Positions 10,049-21,032 of a DNA stretch of 64,000 nt are shown piece by piece. Origin of the DNA: Lacisediminihabitans sp. (lineage in GTDB: Bacteria > Actinomycetota > Actinomycetes > Actinomycetales > Microbacteriaceae); NCBI GenBank assembly GCA_046597035.1, contig JBKJLH010000191.1, positions 5,790 to 69,789 of the forward strand. The letters are read 5' to 3'. The position numbers were made by a program, and so were the translations under genes. The notes beneath the pieces were generated by a model. That model worked only from the letters and a program-made list of their open reading frames with translations, was not told where the DNA came from and did no database searches. Within the stretch, counting starts at the first letter, position 1; the number at the start of each line of letters is the position of its first letter.

Positions 10049-10181
10049 GTGCCAAGGCTATTACCTCCGTGGAGCCCCCGTGGGAGGGATGTCCCCTACT
10101 CTGGAGGGGAGGTCGCAGGAGCCGCGGCCTCCCGCGGACGGCGATACGTTCCACTCCCTCCTCGAACGGACTACCGGTCTC

Positions 10182-11435
10182 ATGACCGCGCCACGAACGA
10201 CAGCCTCCTTCCCCTATTTCGCCCTCGTGACCGTTGCGGTGGCGATCTTCCTCAGCGTGACCACAGAGATGCTGCCCACGGGTCTGCTGCCGGAGATGAG
10301 TGCGGATCTCGGTGTCAGCGAGTCCCTGATCGGAATCACGGTGTCGGTCTTCGCTTTCACCGTCGTAATCGCGACCGCGCCGCTCTCCGTTATCACCCGG
10401 CGCATCCCGCGTCACGCGCTCGTCGTGACGGTTCTGCTCGTGCTCGCGCTCAGTACCGTGCTCACCGCGAGTGCGCCGAACTACACGGTGCTCGTGGCCG
10501 CCCGTATCCTCGGAGGGCTCGCGCACGGTGTGTTCTGGTCGGTCGTCGGCGCCTATGCCGCGTACCTCGTCCCCCCTCACCAGGTGGGCCGTGCGGTTTC
10601 CATCACCCTCGGCGGTGGATCGCTCGCCTTCGTTCTCGGTGTGCCACTCGGCACCGCCCTCGGACATGCGATCGGGTGGCGGGCGAGCTTCTTCGTGCTC
10701 GGCGCACTCCTCGTCGTCGGCGCTGGATTCGTGTACCGATTCCTCCCAAGGGTCGACCACCTCTCGGGCGCTGCCGTGGTCGGAACGGCCACCGGCGGTA
10801 TCACGGTGCTCGACGAGAATTTCGACGCATCAGCTGTTCCCCGACGGGATCACTCGGTCATGGCCGTCGTCTTCGTGTGTGTGATCGCGGCCGTCATCAT
10901 GATCGGCCAATATTGTTTCTACACCTATGTCGCACCGTTCCTCGTGCGGGAGATCGGCCTCCGTGAGTCGACGGTGAGCCCGGCTCTTTTCGTGTTCGGA
11001 ATCGCCGGTGCAGCCTCACTCGTCCTCGTCGCGGTGGTGCTCGGAAAGCGTCCCCGCCTCGGGCTGATGGGGTCGCTGGTGCTGCTACTCGTGGCTGTGC
11101 TGCTGCTCGGAATCGTGCCGCGCGTATGGCCTATATCGCTCCCCGCTTTCGTGGTCTGGGGACTGGCCATCGGCATCATTCCGCCCCTGCTCCAGACGCG
11201 GATGCTGCACGCGGCCCCTGCACGTATCCGCGACACTGCGAGCGCGTTCTACACCACCGCGTTCAACGTCGGCATCGGCGGTGGGGCGCTGCTCGGCGCT
11301 GTGCTACTCGACACGCTCGGACTCGGGTCGCTCCCCGTCGTCTTCTCTGGGATCCTGGTGCTGTCGATAATGCTGGTGCTGGTGTCGGACGCGCTGCTGC
11401 GACAGCGCCCGCCGCGCCGCGTGGTCGATCACTGA
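10182..11435 (+). CDS. MFS transporter (AraJ/NepI-like, DHA1)
   Basis: TTEMLPTGLLP, ARILGGLAHGVFW; 12 TM segments. Confidence 0.88.
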   Translation: MTAPRTTASFPYFALVTVAVAIFLSVTTEMLPTGLLPEMSADLGVSESLIGITVSVFAFTVVIATAPLSVITRRIPRHALVVTVLLVLALSTVLTASAPNYTVLVAARILGGLAHGVFWSVVGAYAAYLVPPHQVGRAVSITLGGGSLAFVLGVPLGTALGHAIGWRASFFVLGALLVVGAGFVYRFLPRVDHLSGAAVVGTATGGITVLDENFDASAVPRRDHSVMAVVFVCVIAAVIMIGQYCFYTYVAPFLVREIGLRESTVSPALFVFGIAGAASLVLVAVVLGKRPRLGLMGSLVLLLVAVLLLGIVPRVWPISLPAFVVWGLAIGIIPPLLQTRMLHAAPARIRDTASAFYTTAFNVGIGGGALLGAVLLDTLGLGSLPVVFSGILVLSIMLVLVSDALLRQRPPRRVVDH

Positions 11436-11450
11436 CCCGTGCCCAGAGTT

Positions 11451-12754
11451 TCAGGGAACTGTCGCAGGATCGGCGAGTCCGAGGCGGGGGTAGAGCGACC
11501 GATACCCTTCCCGAAGCCCACCGTTGAGGGCACCGAGCACATGGCCACCGTTCGGGAGCTCGAAGTACGTCGTCTTCCATCCCGCTGATTTGGCCGCGGC
11601 TTCCACCTTTTTCGCCTGTGTCACATAGGTTCCGTCGTTGGAACCGACAGTGAAAACACCGACGGTGTCGGAATAATGGCGGCCTGCGAGAATGGACAGT
11701 GGCCAGACTGCCTGATAGTCCGATTTGTTGCCGGCGAAGGACTCCGCGAGGGTCCGATCGGACCGAGCCGATCCCGGATACTCCTCACCGCATATGTCGA
11801 GGACATTGCCCCAGATCTCGGGATGTTTGGCCCCGAGTGACAGGGCACACTGGCCACCGTTGGAGTAGCCGGCGATCGTCCAGTGCGCGGCATCCGGCAG
11901 CACATGGAGGTTCGCCCGTGCCCACGCCACCACATCCCCAACAAGGAAGGTCTCGGACTTGCCGTGGCGTACGGTATCGAGGCAGAGAGGATCCACTGTC
12001 GGATTTCCGAGTTGGTCGGCTACGAGCACAATCGGGGCGAGGCCATTGTGTCGGGAAGCGAAGGCGTCAAGGATCGGTTTTTGGAAAGACGGGTCCGGGT
12101 TGCCGGGCTGTCCCATCAGCATGATGACAAGCGGCAAAGGTGGCGCGTTCTTCACGAGGGCGGCCGGGGGCAGGTAGAGGCCAGCCGGTCGGGACCGAAA
12201 ACCAGAGAGGGTGTTGGGAATTGTCACCGAGCCGATAGTTCCTTCGGCGGGCTGACCTTTCGGCGGGATCCAATTCGCCCACAGCGGCCCCCCGGCCAGT
12301 GGTGTCCGGCTCGGGACGGGGGTCGGTGGCGGTGTCGGCAGGGCGATCGGCTTCTCCGTCGGGATGCCCGCAAGGTCCGCCACCGTGCGATCGAGACCGA
12401 AATCCGCGTTGATCCCGACGGTACCGGTGACGGCGAACAGCACGATCGCGACCGAGGCGATGGCTTTTCGCGGCCAGTGGGATTTCCACAGGTTGGCAAT
12501 CGCGAGACACACGGTCGAGAACGTCAGACAGACCCACGTCGAGGTGGTGGCACTGAGATCCACACCGAAGCATTGGTTGACCTCACGAGCAACGGCACGA
12601 GGAGGGCGATTACCGACCCGGCCAGCAGCGCGCTGGTGGCGGTGATGATCCAGCGTCGCGTTGGTCGGCGCAGAGCGAGAAAAAGCACGGCACCGACTGC
12701 GAGGGTGTAGACAACTCCGACGAATGGGCCGTCGATGATGTTTATTCTCAGCAA
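11451..12754 (-). pseudogene. Membrane-anchored alpha/beta-hydrolase (putative esterase) split by a 1-nt frameshift near 12570
   Basis: The N-terminal TM ORF 12524-12754 and the hydrolase ORF (GYSNGG) join if one base is restored (ACC AAT GC- TTC GGT GTG GAT = TNAFGVD); could be a sequencing error. Confidence 0.65.
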
Positions 12755-12892
12755 CTGATCGATGGGGTCCTCCTGTCAGTGTCGGGGGCAGGTGAGTCTA
12801 AGGGAAGCAGGTTGCGCGGGTGTCGCGGGTCGGTTTGTGCCGTCCGAGTCGTCGACACTCACCCAGACCTCGACTGAGTCGTTTACACTGGA

Positions 12893-12968
12893 AGGCGTCA
12901 CAACTGGCGTTCGGATGGGCATCCATCAGGGAGTGACCACCTCCACGTTTCGGCCGTTCGCCTGGGCC
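12893..12968 (+). promoter_or_regulatory. ZMP/ZTP (pfl) riboswitch
   Basis: GTCACAACTGGCG, GATGG/CCATC hairpin, GGGAGTGAC and 3' GCCGTTCGCCTGGGC match the pfl consensus; upstream of glyA. Confidence 0.85.
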
Positions 12969-13019
12969 GAACCGGATAACCATTTTCCCGATCCGGTCAC
13001 GCCAAGAGGAGTCATCCCG

Positions 13020-14306
13020 ATGCCCAATACTTTCAATTCACCGCTGAGTGACGTCGACCCCGAGATCGCCCGCGTACTCGAGCAGGAGCTCGACCGCCAG
13101 CGCGGCACCCTCGAGATGATCGCAAGCGAGAACTTCGTTCCGCGTGCGGTGCTCGAGGCCCAGGGCTCGGTGCTCACCAACAAGTACGCGGAAGGTTACC
13201 CCGGACGCCGATACTACGGAGGCTGCGAGTTCGTGGATGTCGCGGAGACCCTCGCCATCTCCCGGGCGAAGAGCCTCTTCGGGGCTGCCTACGCCAATGT
13301 GCAGCCGCACTCGGGTGCGTCCGCCAGCGCGGCGGTGCTCGCCGCGATCGCGAGCCCCGGCGACCGAATCCTGGGGCTGGAACTTGCCCATGGCGGTCAC
13401 CTGACCCACGGCATGAAGCTCAACTTCTCTGGCAAGCTGTATGAGGCTCACGCCTACGGTGTCGACCCGAAGACGTTCCTCATCGACATGGATGTCGTAC
13501 GTGAGAAGGCGCTCGAGATTCGTCCACGGGTGCTGATCGCCGGCTGGAGCGCCTACTCGCGCCACCAGGACTTTGCCGCATTCCGCGCCATCGCCGACGA
13601 AGTGGGAGCCACGCTCTGGGTCGATATGGCGCACTTCGCCGGACTCGTCGCCGCGGGTCTGCACCCCAGCCCGGTGCCGCACGCGCACGTCACCTCCTCC
13701 ACGGTGCACAAGACCATCGGTGGACCCCGTTCGGGTTTCATCCTCAACAACGATCTGGACCTGCAGAAGAAGATCAACTCCAACGTCTTTCCCGGCCAGC
13801 AGGGTGGCCCGCTCATGCACGTGATCGCTGCGAAGGCGACGGCCTTCAAGCTCGCCGCTGAGCCGGAGTTCAAGGATCGCCAGGAGCGCACGATCCGTGG
13901 GGCCCAGATCATCGCCGAGCGACTCACCGCCCCGGATGCCACCGCTGCGGGCATCGACGTAGCCACGGGTGGCACGGATGTGCATCTTCTGCTCGTGGAC
14001 CTGCGGAAAGCCGCGATCCACGGCCAGGAGGCCGAGGACATCCTGCACTCGGTCGGTATCACCGTGAACCGCAACGCGGTGCCGTTCGATCCGCGGCCTC
14101 CGATGACGCCGTCGGGCGTGCGCATCGGAACGCCCGCCCTCGCGACGCGCGGATTCGGCGACGAGGAGTTCACGGAGGTCGCCGACATCATTGCAGCTTC
14201 CCTCAAGCCGACTCCGGATGTCGAAGCCCTGCGTTCCCGCGTGCTGAAACTGACCGACGGATACCCCCTTTACCCGGGCCTGGTGTCCCCCGGAACCTGG
14301 TCCTGA
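13020..14306 (+). CDS. glyA: Serine hydroxymethyltransferase
   Basis: [35 protein letters not shown] (PLP Lys). Confidence 0.97.
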   Translation: MPNTFNSPLSDVDPEIARVLEQELDRQRGTLEMIASENFVPRAVLEAQGSVLTNKYAEGYPGRRYYGGCEFVDVAETLAISRAKSLFGAAYANVQPHSGASASAAVLAAIASPGDRILGLELAHGGHLTHGMKLNFSGKLYEAHAYGVDPKTFLIDMDVVREKALEIRPRVLIAGWSAYSRHQDFAAFRAIADEVGATLWVDMAHFAGLVAAGLHPSPVPHAHVTSSTVHKTIGGPRSGFILNNDLDLQKKINSNVFPGQQGGPLMHVIAAKATAFKLAAEPEFKDRQERTIRGAQIIAERLTAPDATAAGIDVATGGTDVHLLLVDLRKAAIHGQEAEDILHSVGITVNRNAVPFDPRPPMTPSGVRIGTPALATRGFGDEEFTEVADIIAASLKPTPDVEALRSRVLKLTDGYPLYPGLVSPGTWS

Positions 14307-14324
14307 CCTCCCATCCCCTCGTGA

Positions 14325-14376
14325 GGGGTCGACTTCGCACCTTCCCGCTCGCTCCGAGCAAGTGAAGTTGACACCC
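14325..14376. repeat. REP-like palindrome, same family as 30424-30547
   Basis: GGGGTCGACTTCGCACCTTCCCG...GTGAAGTTGACACC versus GGGGTCAACTTCGCATCTTCCCG...GCGAAGTTGACCCC. Confidence 0.7.
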
Positions 14377-14431
14377 GGGGTGGGTGGAGCGGCGTGGGCT
14401 GCACGAGAGAACGCCTGAAAGGACGTGAGAC

Positions 14432-15307
14432 ATGACTGCAGTACGCATGGACGGTGTCGCCACCGCGACGGCCGTGAAGAACGAGCTCGTCGGTCGCATC
14501 GCCGCTCTGAAGGCCCGTGGCATCCATCCCGGCCTCGGAACGCTGCTGGTGGGCAGCGACCCGGGATCGCTCTCGTACGTAGCCGGTAAGCATCGTGACA
14601 GCCTCGAGCTCGGCATCGAGTCGATTCGGGTGGACCTTCCGGCAGAGGCGACCGAAGACCAGGTCCGAGACGCCATCCGTGATCTCAATGAGAATCCGGC
14701 GGTCACCGGCTACATCATCCAGCTACCGCTGCCTGCGGGCATCGACGAGAACGCGATGCTCGAGCTGATGGACCCGGCGAAGGATGCCGATGGCCTGCAC
14801 CCGACCAATCTCGGCCGTCTCGTTCTCGGCGTCGGTGGCGACCTGGACTCCCCGCTACCCTGCACGCCCGCTGGCCTCGTCGAGATGCTGCGTCGCTACG
14901 ACGTGACGATCGCCGGCAGGCACGTGGTCGTGATCGGTCGCGGCCTCACCGTCGGTCGCCCGCTCGGACTGCTGCTCAGCAATAAGGGGGTGGATGCCAC
15001 GGTCACCCTCACCCACTCGCGCACCGTCGACCTCGCCGCCGAGGTGCGCCGCGCCGACATTGTGATCGCCGCGGTCGGCGTGCCCGGACTCGTGAAGGCC
15101 GACTGGGTGAAGCCCGGCGCCGCCGTGCTCGATGTCGGAATCACTCGCCTGATCAACCCGGACACCGGCAAAGCGAAGCTCATCGGCGACATCGATCCAG
15201 GCGTCGCCGAGGTGGCTGCCTTCCTCTCGCCGGTCCCCGGCGGGGTCGGTCCGATGACCCGCGCCATGCTGATGTTCAACGTTGTCGCAGCGGCGGAACG
15301 ACTGTGA
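14432..15307 (+). CDS. folD: Bifunctional methylene-THF dehydrogenase/cyclohydrolase
   Basis: [35 protein letters not shown]. Confidence 0.96.
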   Translation: MTAVRMDGVATATAVKNELVGRIAALKARGIHPGLGTLLVGSDPGSLSYVAGKHRDSLELGIESIRVDLPAEATEDQVRDAIRDLNENPAVTGYIIQLPLPAGIDENAMLELMDPAKDADGLHPTNLGRLVLGVGGDLDSPLPCTPAGLVEMLRRYDVTIAGRHVVVIGRGLTVGRPLGLLLSNKGVDATVTLTHSRTVDLAAEVRRADIVIAAVGVPGLVKADWVKPGAAVLDVGITRLINPDTGKAKLIGDIDPGVAEVAAFLSPVPGGVGPMTRAMLMFNVVAAAERL

Positions 15308-15957
15308 GTGCTCCCGGTCGCACCATTCCCACTCGAATGGCCGAGAAATTCGTCTCCCCGAACCTCGACGCCCTTGCCACCCTGGTGAGGGACGCACGGG
15401 TCGGGCACTTCGCGTTCGTTGAAGACGGCCAGCCGCGTGTATTGCCGATCGCGATCGTGACGGATGGTGCGCACATCCTGCTTCACGGATCCTCGGGTTC
15501 GCACTGGCTGCGCCTACTCGCGACGGGCATCCCCGTCGCACTGTCGGTGACCGCGATCGACGCCCTCGTGGTGGCGCGTTCTGCGTTCGAGTCGTCGATG
15601 AACTACCGAAGCGCCGTTCTCTTCGGCAGCTGCACCCCGGTCGGCGACAGCCGTGCTGACACGGTGGCCGCGCTCGATCTCGTGACCGAGGGGCTGATCC
15701 CCGGCCGCGTCGCCGAGCTTCGGGCACACTCGGCGAAGGAACTCGCAGCGACCCTCGTGCTGCGGATGACCGTGGACGAATGGACCCTCAAGGTGTCCGA
15801 TGGCTGGCCCGATGACGCACCGGCGGATGTCGCAGGCCCGGCCTGGGCTGGCATCCTGCCGCTTCGCACCGGGTATACGGAAGCCCTCCCGACCCCCGAC
15901 CTCTCCCCGGGTATCCGACAGCCTGAGTCAGTTCGCAGTCTGCTCGGTACCTCATGA
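15304..15957 (+). CDS. PNPOx-like flavin-nucleotide-binding protein
   Basis: [27 protein letters not shown]. Confidence 0.8.
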   Translation: MSAPGRTIPTRMAEKFVSPNLDALATLVRDARVGHFAFVEDGQPRVLPIAIVTDGAHILLHGSSGSHWLRLLATGIPVALSVTAIDALVVARSAFESSMNYRSAVLFGSCTPVGDSRADTVAALDLVTEGLIPGRVAELRAHSAKELAATLVLRMTVDEWTLKVSDGWPDDAPADVAGPAWAGILPLRTGYTEALPTPDLSPGIRQPESVRSLLGTS

Positions 15958-15964
15958 ACAACGG

Positions 15965-16717
15965 CTATTCGCCGACGTAGCCGATCGTGCAGGAGTACCC
16001 GGTCGCAGACTGGCTCGGATCCCAGCCGGCCACGTCTGCGATGGTCGTCTTCGCGGCATCCGTGAGCGTCACCGTGCAGGCTTCGATCGTGGACTTCGAA
16101 TCCACCGGCACGCTGAAGCCGTACAGGGCATATTTCCAGCTACTGAGGTCCGGGCCAGGGTTGCCGCTCTCGAAGTCGGCGATTGCCCGACCACTGCCCG
16201 AGGTGGTCCAGGTGAAGCCGCTCGAACAGGGTCGCGCGGGATCCGTTGGCGCGATGCCCTTACCGGTGAGCGACTGGCCGAAATAGACATTGCCGAGCGT
16301 CACATCGACCGGGTATTTGAAGGCCTTACCGGTCGTACTCGATGCCAGGTCCATCGGGAGGAGGATGCTGCCGTTGGCGGCCAGGGTGGCGGCGGTGATC
16401 GGAGTCGTGCCATTCCCCGTGCCGCAGGCACTGACGAATTCGCTGACCAGGGATTTAGCTGCGCTGTCGCTGTAGGGCAGCGGCTTGTGGGCGGTGAGCT
16501 CGATCGCGATGGTGTTACCGGTCTTATCCCGCACCTTCGCCGAGATGGTGAAGAGCACATCCTTCGGCTTCGGGGCGGCGCTCGCGCTCGCTGACTTGCT
16601 CGGAGCAGTCGTCGGCGGCGCGCTCGGGGCGGCGTTCGTTGAGGACCCGCTACAGCCCGTGAGCAATGCAACGAGAATGGTACCGGTGACCGCACCGAGA
16701 ATCGATTTGGCTCTCAC
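15965..16717 (-). CDS. Uncharacterised lipoprotein
   Basis: Signal peptide with lipobox LLTG-C, Ser/Pro/Thr/Ala linker and four further Cys. Confidence 0.7.
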   Translation of the reverse strand: MRAKSILGAVTGTILVALLTGCSGSSTNAAPSAPPTTAPSKSASASAAPKPKDVLFTISAKVRDKTGNTIAIELTAHKPLPYSDSAAKSLVSEFVSACGTGNGTTPITAATLAANGSILLPMDLASSTTGKAFKYPVDVTLGNVYFGQSLTGKGIAPTDPARPCSSGFTWTTSGSGRAIADFESGNPGPDLSSWKYALYGFSVPVDSKSTIEACTVTLTDAAKTTIADVAGWDPSQSATGYSCTIGYVGE

Positions 16718-16742
16718 GGATGGCTCCTGCGTGCTTGGGGGA

Positions 16743-17909
16743 TCAGTTCTCGCGCGAGGCTCCCTGCGCGGCCCTCACGACGAAAGTATCAGGCTGGCCC
16801 CAACCATGTTCCGCGAATGCGCCGTCGATCGCAACCTGGAGGCGGGAAAGTTCATCCGAGCGGATGAGAGCGATCGCGGCCCCACCGAAGCCGCCGCCGG
16901 TCATCCGGGCGCCGATCGCGCCATTGGCCTGCGCAGTCTCGACGGCGAGGTCGAGCTCACGCACCGAAATCTCGAAATCGTCACGCATGGAGATATGCGA
17001 AGCGTCGAGCAGTTCCCCGATGCCCGCCGGTCCGATGTCGTTCAGCACATCGACAGTGTCGAGCACGCGCTGGTTCTCGGTGACAACGTGGCGCACCCGG
17101 CGGAAGGTCACGTCGTCGAGTATCTCGCGAGCGCGCGGCAGATCATCGACCGTCACGTCACGCAGGGACTCGACCCCGAGCATCCGCGCTCCGAGTTCGC
17201 AGGATGCCCGGCGCTCGGCGTACCCGCCGGTGGAGTGGTCGTGGCTCACGCCGGTGTCGATGATCAGCAGCACGAGCCCGGCGGCTTCGAGCCCGAGGTC
17301 GACGATCTCGGACTCGAGGCTGCGGCAATCGAGAAAGACCGCGCAGTCCTTCTGGCCGAGAAGCGACGCGGACTGGTCCATGATTCCGGTGGGGGCACCG
17401 ACGACCACGTTCTCGGCGCGCTGCCCGACCTGGGCGAGCACCGGCCGGGCGAGGGTGAGTCGCCAGACGTCGTTGAGGGCGATCGCCACCGCACTCTCGA
17501 TGGCGGCGGACGAGGAGAGCCCGGCTCCCACCGGCACGTCGGACTCGATGAAGATGTCGACCCCGGGAACGGCTGCCAGGTCGGCGCCGTGTTCGCTGAG
17601 CGCCCAGGCGACCCCGAGCGGATACGCGCTCCAGCCGTGCAGTGCGTCGGGGGCGAGCTCGGCGAGCGGAATCTCCACGACCTCCTCGGCGAAGGAGCTC
17701 GCTACTCGGATGATGCGATCCTCGCGCAGCCCCAAAGCGACGAAGGTGCGGCGGTTGATGGCGAAGGGCAGCACGAAACCCAGGTTGTAGTCGGTGTGCT
17801 CGCCAATGAGATTCACCCGTCCGGGAGCCGACCATTCGCCCGCCGGCTCGTACCCGTAGAGAGCGAGGAACTTCGCCTGGAGGTCGTCGCGGATATCGAT
17901 TTCGGTCAC
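16743..17909 (-). CDS. galK: Galactokinase
   Basis: APGRVNLIGEHTDYN, GAGLSSSAA, GIMDQ, GARMTGGGFGG; GTG start overlaps the galT stop. Confidence 0.95.
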   Translation of the reverse strand: MTEIDIRDDLQAKFLALYGYEPAGEWSAPGRVNLIGEHTDYNLGFVLPFAINRRTFVALGLREDRIIRVASSFAEEVVEIPLAELAPDALHGWSAYPLGVAWALSEHGADLAAVPGVDIFIESDVPVGAGLSSSAAIESAVAIALNDVWRLTLARPVLAQVGQRAENVVVGAPTGIMDQSASLLGQKDCAVFLDCRSLESEIVDLGLEAAGLVLLIIDTGVSHDHSTGGYAERRASCELGARMLGVESLRDVTVDDLPRAREILDDVTFRRVRHVVTENQRVLDTVDVLNDIGPAGIGELLDASHISMRDDFEISVRELDLAVETAQANGAIGARMTGGGFGGAAIALIRSDELSRLQVAIDGAFAEHGWGQPDTFVVRAAQGASREN

Positions 17910-19012
17910 TGGGGGTCCTTTACTCTGGTGAGGGCGTGCCGTACCAAGTCGGCCGTTTGTTCGGGGGTGACGTCGCCGATCCAGGCGCCCATGGCGGCCT
18001 CGGAACCGGCGAGGTACTTCAGTTTGCTCTCCGCGCGGCGCGGAGAGGTGACCTGCAGCATCAGGCGGATGTCGTCCCGCCCGGCGGCGACCGGCGCCTG
18101 GTGCCATGCTGCGATGTAGGGCGTCGGGGTGCCGTAGAGCTCGTCGATACCGCGAAGCAGGCGAAGGTAGAGATCGGCGAGCTCGTCGCGCTCTTCGGGG
18201 GAGGTGGCCGCGAAGTCGGGTACCTGACGGTGGGGAAGCATGTGTACCTCGATGGGCCAGCGGGCGGCGAAGGGTACGAACGCCGTCCAGTATTCCCCCC
18301 GTAGCACCACCCGCTCGGAGGCGGACTCGAACTCGAGGATCGACGCGAACAGGTCGGGCCCGAAGCGGGCGACCGAGTCGAGCAGCCGCGTCGTGCGCGG
18401 CGTGATGTACGGATAGGCGTAGATCTGGCCGTGCGGATGTCGAAGGGTGACACCGATAGCCTCGCCACGATTCTCGAACGGGAAGACCTGTTGCACGCCG
18501 GGCAGCGCCGAGAGTACCTGCGTGCGGTCGGCCAAGGCCTCGATCACCGTGCGGGCGCGGGAACGACTCACGCTGCCGAATGCTCCCTCGTGTTCGGGGC
18601 TGAAGGAGATCACCTCGCAGCGTCCGATCGACGGGAGCGTGCGGCCGAGGCCGATGGCGGTGAGTTCGGCGCTGTCGAATGCAGCCCCGATCTCGGGCCC
18701 GAAGCTCGGGGAGCGATTCTCGATGACGGCGACGTCGTAGGCATCCGGAATCTCGGAAGGGTTCGTGGTGCTTGCCGGGGCGAGCGGATCCTGGTCGGCG
18801 GGCGGAAGGAAGACCCGGTTCTGGCGGGAGGCGGCGATCGAGATCCATTCGCCGGTGAGCGGATCCTGTCGCATCGAGGCAGTGTCGGGGCGCGGATCCA
18901 GGTGCCGGGCATCCGGAGCGCGATCCGGGGGGAGCGTGGTGTCCGCATCGTCGAAGTAGATGAGCTCCCGGCCGTCGGCCAGTCGGTATTCGCGTTTGAC
19001 GATCGCGGGCAT
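17906..19012 (-). CDS. galT: Galactose-1-phosphate uridylyltransferase
   Basis: FENRGEAIGVTLRHPHGQIY (HxH), GSEAAMG. Confidence 0.95.
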   Translation of the reverse strand: MPAIVKREYRLADGRELIYFDDADTTLPPDRAPDARHLDPRPDTASMRQDPLTGEWISIAASRQNRVFLPPADQDPLAPASTTNPSEIPDAYDVAVIENRSPSFGPEIGAAFDSAELTAIGLGRTLPSIGRCEVISFSPEHEGAFGSVSRSRARTVIEALADRTQVLSALPGVQQVFPFENRGEAIGVTLRHPHGQIYAYPYITPRTTRLLDSVARFGPDLFASILEFESASERVVLRGEYWTAFVPFAARWPIEVHMLPHRQVPDFAATSPEERDELADLYLRLLRGIDELYGTPTPYIAAWHQAPVAAGRDDIRLMLQVTSPRRAESKLKYLAGSEAAMGAWIGDVTPEQTADLVRHALTRVKDPQ

Positions 19013-19094
19013 GGCTACCTCGGTCCTGGGTTATGAAATCACAGAAACGTTACCCGCCATTGACAAGAAAACACAAGTAATCGAAGATGAGCGC

Positions 19095-19904
19095 ATGATC
19101 GAACCGTTGTCTCGCCCGCCGGCTGCGGTACGGCGCGAGCAGATCCTGGCGAGCGTTGAGGAGCGCGGCTTTGTCAAAGTCGGTGAACTGAGCCGGCTGT
19201 TCGGCATCTCCGAGGTGACCGTGCGCGCTGATCTCGACACCCTCGCGAGTGCAAACGCCGTGCAGCGGGTGCACGGTGGGGCGGTGCTCGGTGGGGTTTC
19301 CGGCCGATCCCCCGGCAATGAGAGGCCCTTCGAGCAGTCACTACTCGCGCGAGCGCAGGAGAAGGGACGTATCGGTCGCGCGGCGGCGTCGCTCGTGCAG
19401 TCCCACCAGGCGATCGTGCTGGATGTCGGAACCACGACCTCCGCGATCGCCGCCGCTCTCCTCGAGCGCGACGATCTGCAGGGTGTCGTCGTGATCACCA
19501 ATGCCCTCAACATCGCCCTGCTGCTCGAACCGGTGATCCCACGCTTCACCGTGGTCGTCACCGGCGGCACCGTGCGACCGCTGCAGCATTCGCTTGTCGA
19601 TCCGCTGGCCGGGGTGGTGTTCGATCGCATCCGTGCCGACCTGGCGTTCATCGGCTGTAGTGGCGTGGACGCCGTCTCGGGAATCACCAACGTCAACCTG
19701 CCGGAGGCCGACCTGAAGAGGCGGATGCTCGGGGCTTCCGGTCGCTCCATCGTCGTGGCCGACAGCTCGAAACTGGGCATCACCCAGCAGAGCCGGGTCG
19801 CGCCGATCGGCGCGATCGACACTCTCATCACCGGGGAGGAGGCCGACGCCGACCAACTCGGACGGCTCGAGGCCACGGGATTGAGCATCCTGTTGGCTCG
19901 CTAG
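19095..19904 (+). CDS. DeoR/GlpR family regulator (probable gal repressor)
   Basis: RREQIL..VSEVTVRADL HTH, LDVGTT; divergent from galT. Confidence 0.88.
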   Translation: MIEPLSRPPAAVRREQILASVEERGFVKVGELSRLFGISEVTVRADLDTLASANAVQRVHGGAVLGGVSGRSPGNERPFEQSLLARAQEKGRIGRAAASLVQSHQAIVLDVGTTTSAIAAALLERDDLQGVVVITNALNIALLLEPVIPRFTVVVTGGTVRPLQHSLVDPLAGVVFDRIRADLAFIGCSGVDAVSGITNVNLPEADLKRRMLGASGRSIVVADSSKLGITQQSRVAPIGAIDTLITGEEADADQLGRLEATGLSILLAR

Positions 19905-19913
19905 GCTGACCGA

Positions 19914-20852
19914 ATGCGTGCCCCAACCGGAGACCAGTTCCCCCTCTCCAAGTCGACTCCGCACGGCGAGGCGATCGCCGTGATCACCGAGGTCGCCGCA
20001 TCGCTGCGCGTGCTCTCTATCGGCGGTGTCGACCTCACCGAACCCTACGAGGAGGACGTGGTGCCGCCCTTCGGTGACGGAACAGTGCTCGTGCCCTGGC
20101 CCAATCGCGTCGAAGACGGAGTGTGGATACACGAGGGGGCGGCCCAAGTGCTCGACATCACCGAACCTGCGCGTCACAATGCCCTGCACGGACTACTGAG
20201 GGACCGCCCCTATTCCGTCGTGGAGCGTAGTGCGGATGCCGTGACGCTCGCCGCGACGGTACATCCGACCCGCGGGTACCCCTTCACTCTCGATACGACA
20301 GTGCGTTACGAGCTCGTCGACGATGGCATCCGCGTGACGCACGGCGTGGGCAATGTGGGCGCCAACCGTGCGCCGTACGCGGTCGGAACACATCCGTTTC
20401 TCCGTCTTGGCGAGGTGCCGACCTATGAGCTCACGCTCGCGGTGGCCGCGGGAACGCGCTTCGAGACGGATGCCCGACTCAACCCGATCCGCGAGACGAC
20501 CGTCGACGGCACGGACTACGACTTGCGCGCCGGTCGGCTGGTGGCGGGGCTCGATCTCGACGACGCCTTCGGTGGCGTGAGTTCGGTGGACGGCGTGAGT
20601 CACCACCGGCTCACCGCGCCGGACGGCCGTTTCGTCGAGCTCTGGCAGGAGTCCGACTTCGCCTATGTGCAGGTGTTCACCACCCGCATCTTCCCGAAGG
20701 ACGGCGGTCTCGGCACGGCCATCGCCGTCGAGCCGATGACCGCTCCGCCCAACGCCCTCAACAGCGGGCAGGGCCTGCGCTGGCTCGAATCGGGCGAGAG
20801 CTGGTCGGGTTCGTGGGGCATCCGCTATTCTGGGCACAACGAAGGGGAGTAG
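19914..20852 (+). CDS. galM: Aldose 1-epimerase family protein
   Basis: LVPWPNRV, NALHG, GTHPF, AVEPMT. Confidence 0.8.
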   Translation: MRAPTGDQFPLSKSTPHGEAIAVITEVAASLRVLSIGGVDLTEPYEEDVVPPFGDGTVLVPWPNRVEDGVWIHEGAAQVLDITEPARHNALHGLLRDRPYSVVERSADAVTLAATVHPTRGYPFTLDTTVRYELVDDGIRVTHGVGNVGANRAPYAVGTHPFLRLGEVPTYELTLAVAAGTRFETDARLNPIRETTVDGTDYDLRAGRLVAGLDLDDAFGGVSSVDGVSHHRLTAPDGRFVELWQESDFAYVQVFTTRIFPKDGGLGTAIAVEPMTAPPNALNSGQGLRWLESGESWSGSWGIRYSGHNEGE

Positions 20853-20976
20853 TTCCCTCGCGCCGGGTCACGATGATCGGCGTGGTCGGGAGTATCGACA
20901 TACTGGCGGGTCACGACGACCGGCCCGGTACCCCACCGAAACGGCGAAGTCGCCCGCTTCGGCGAACGAGACCTTC
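20841..20976 (+). promoter_or_regulatory. yybP-ykoY (Mn2+) riboswitch
   Basis: 5' GAAGGGGAGTAG, internal GTATCGACATAC and 3' GGCGAACGAGACCTTC (GAAGG/CCTTC closing stem); upstream of a metal exporter. Confidence 0.8.
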
Positions 20977-21032
20977 GGTCCGACAGTAACCGCGGGAGAC
21001 TCCGGCGGATTTACGAGACCGAAAGGATCCCC

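Noticed and set aside
16743-18848. 701-aa ORF suggesting a galT-galK fusion
   Set aside because: The N-terminal part is an off-frame read of galT; GalK starts at GTG 17909, overlapping the galT stop
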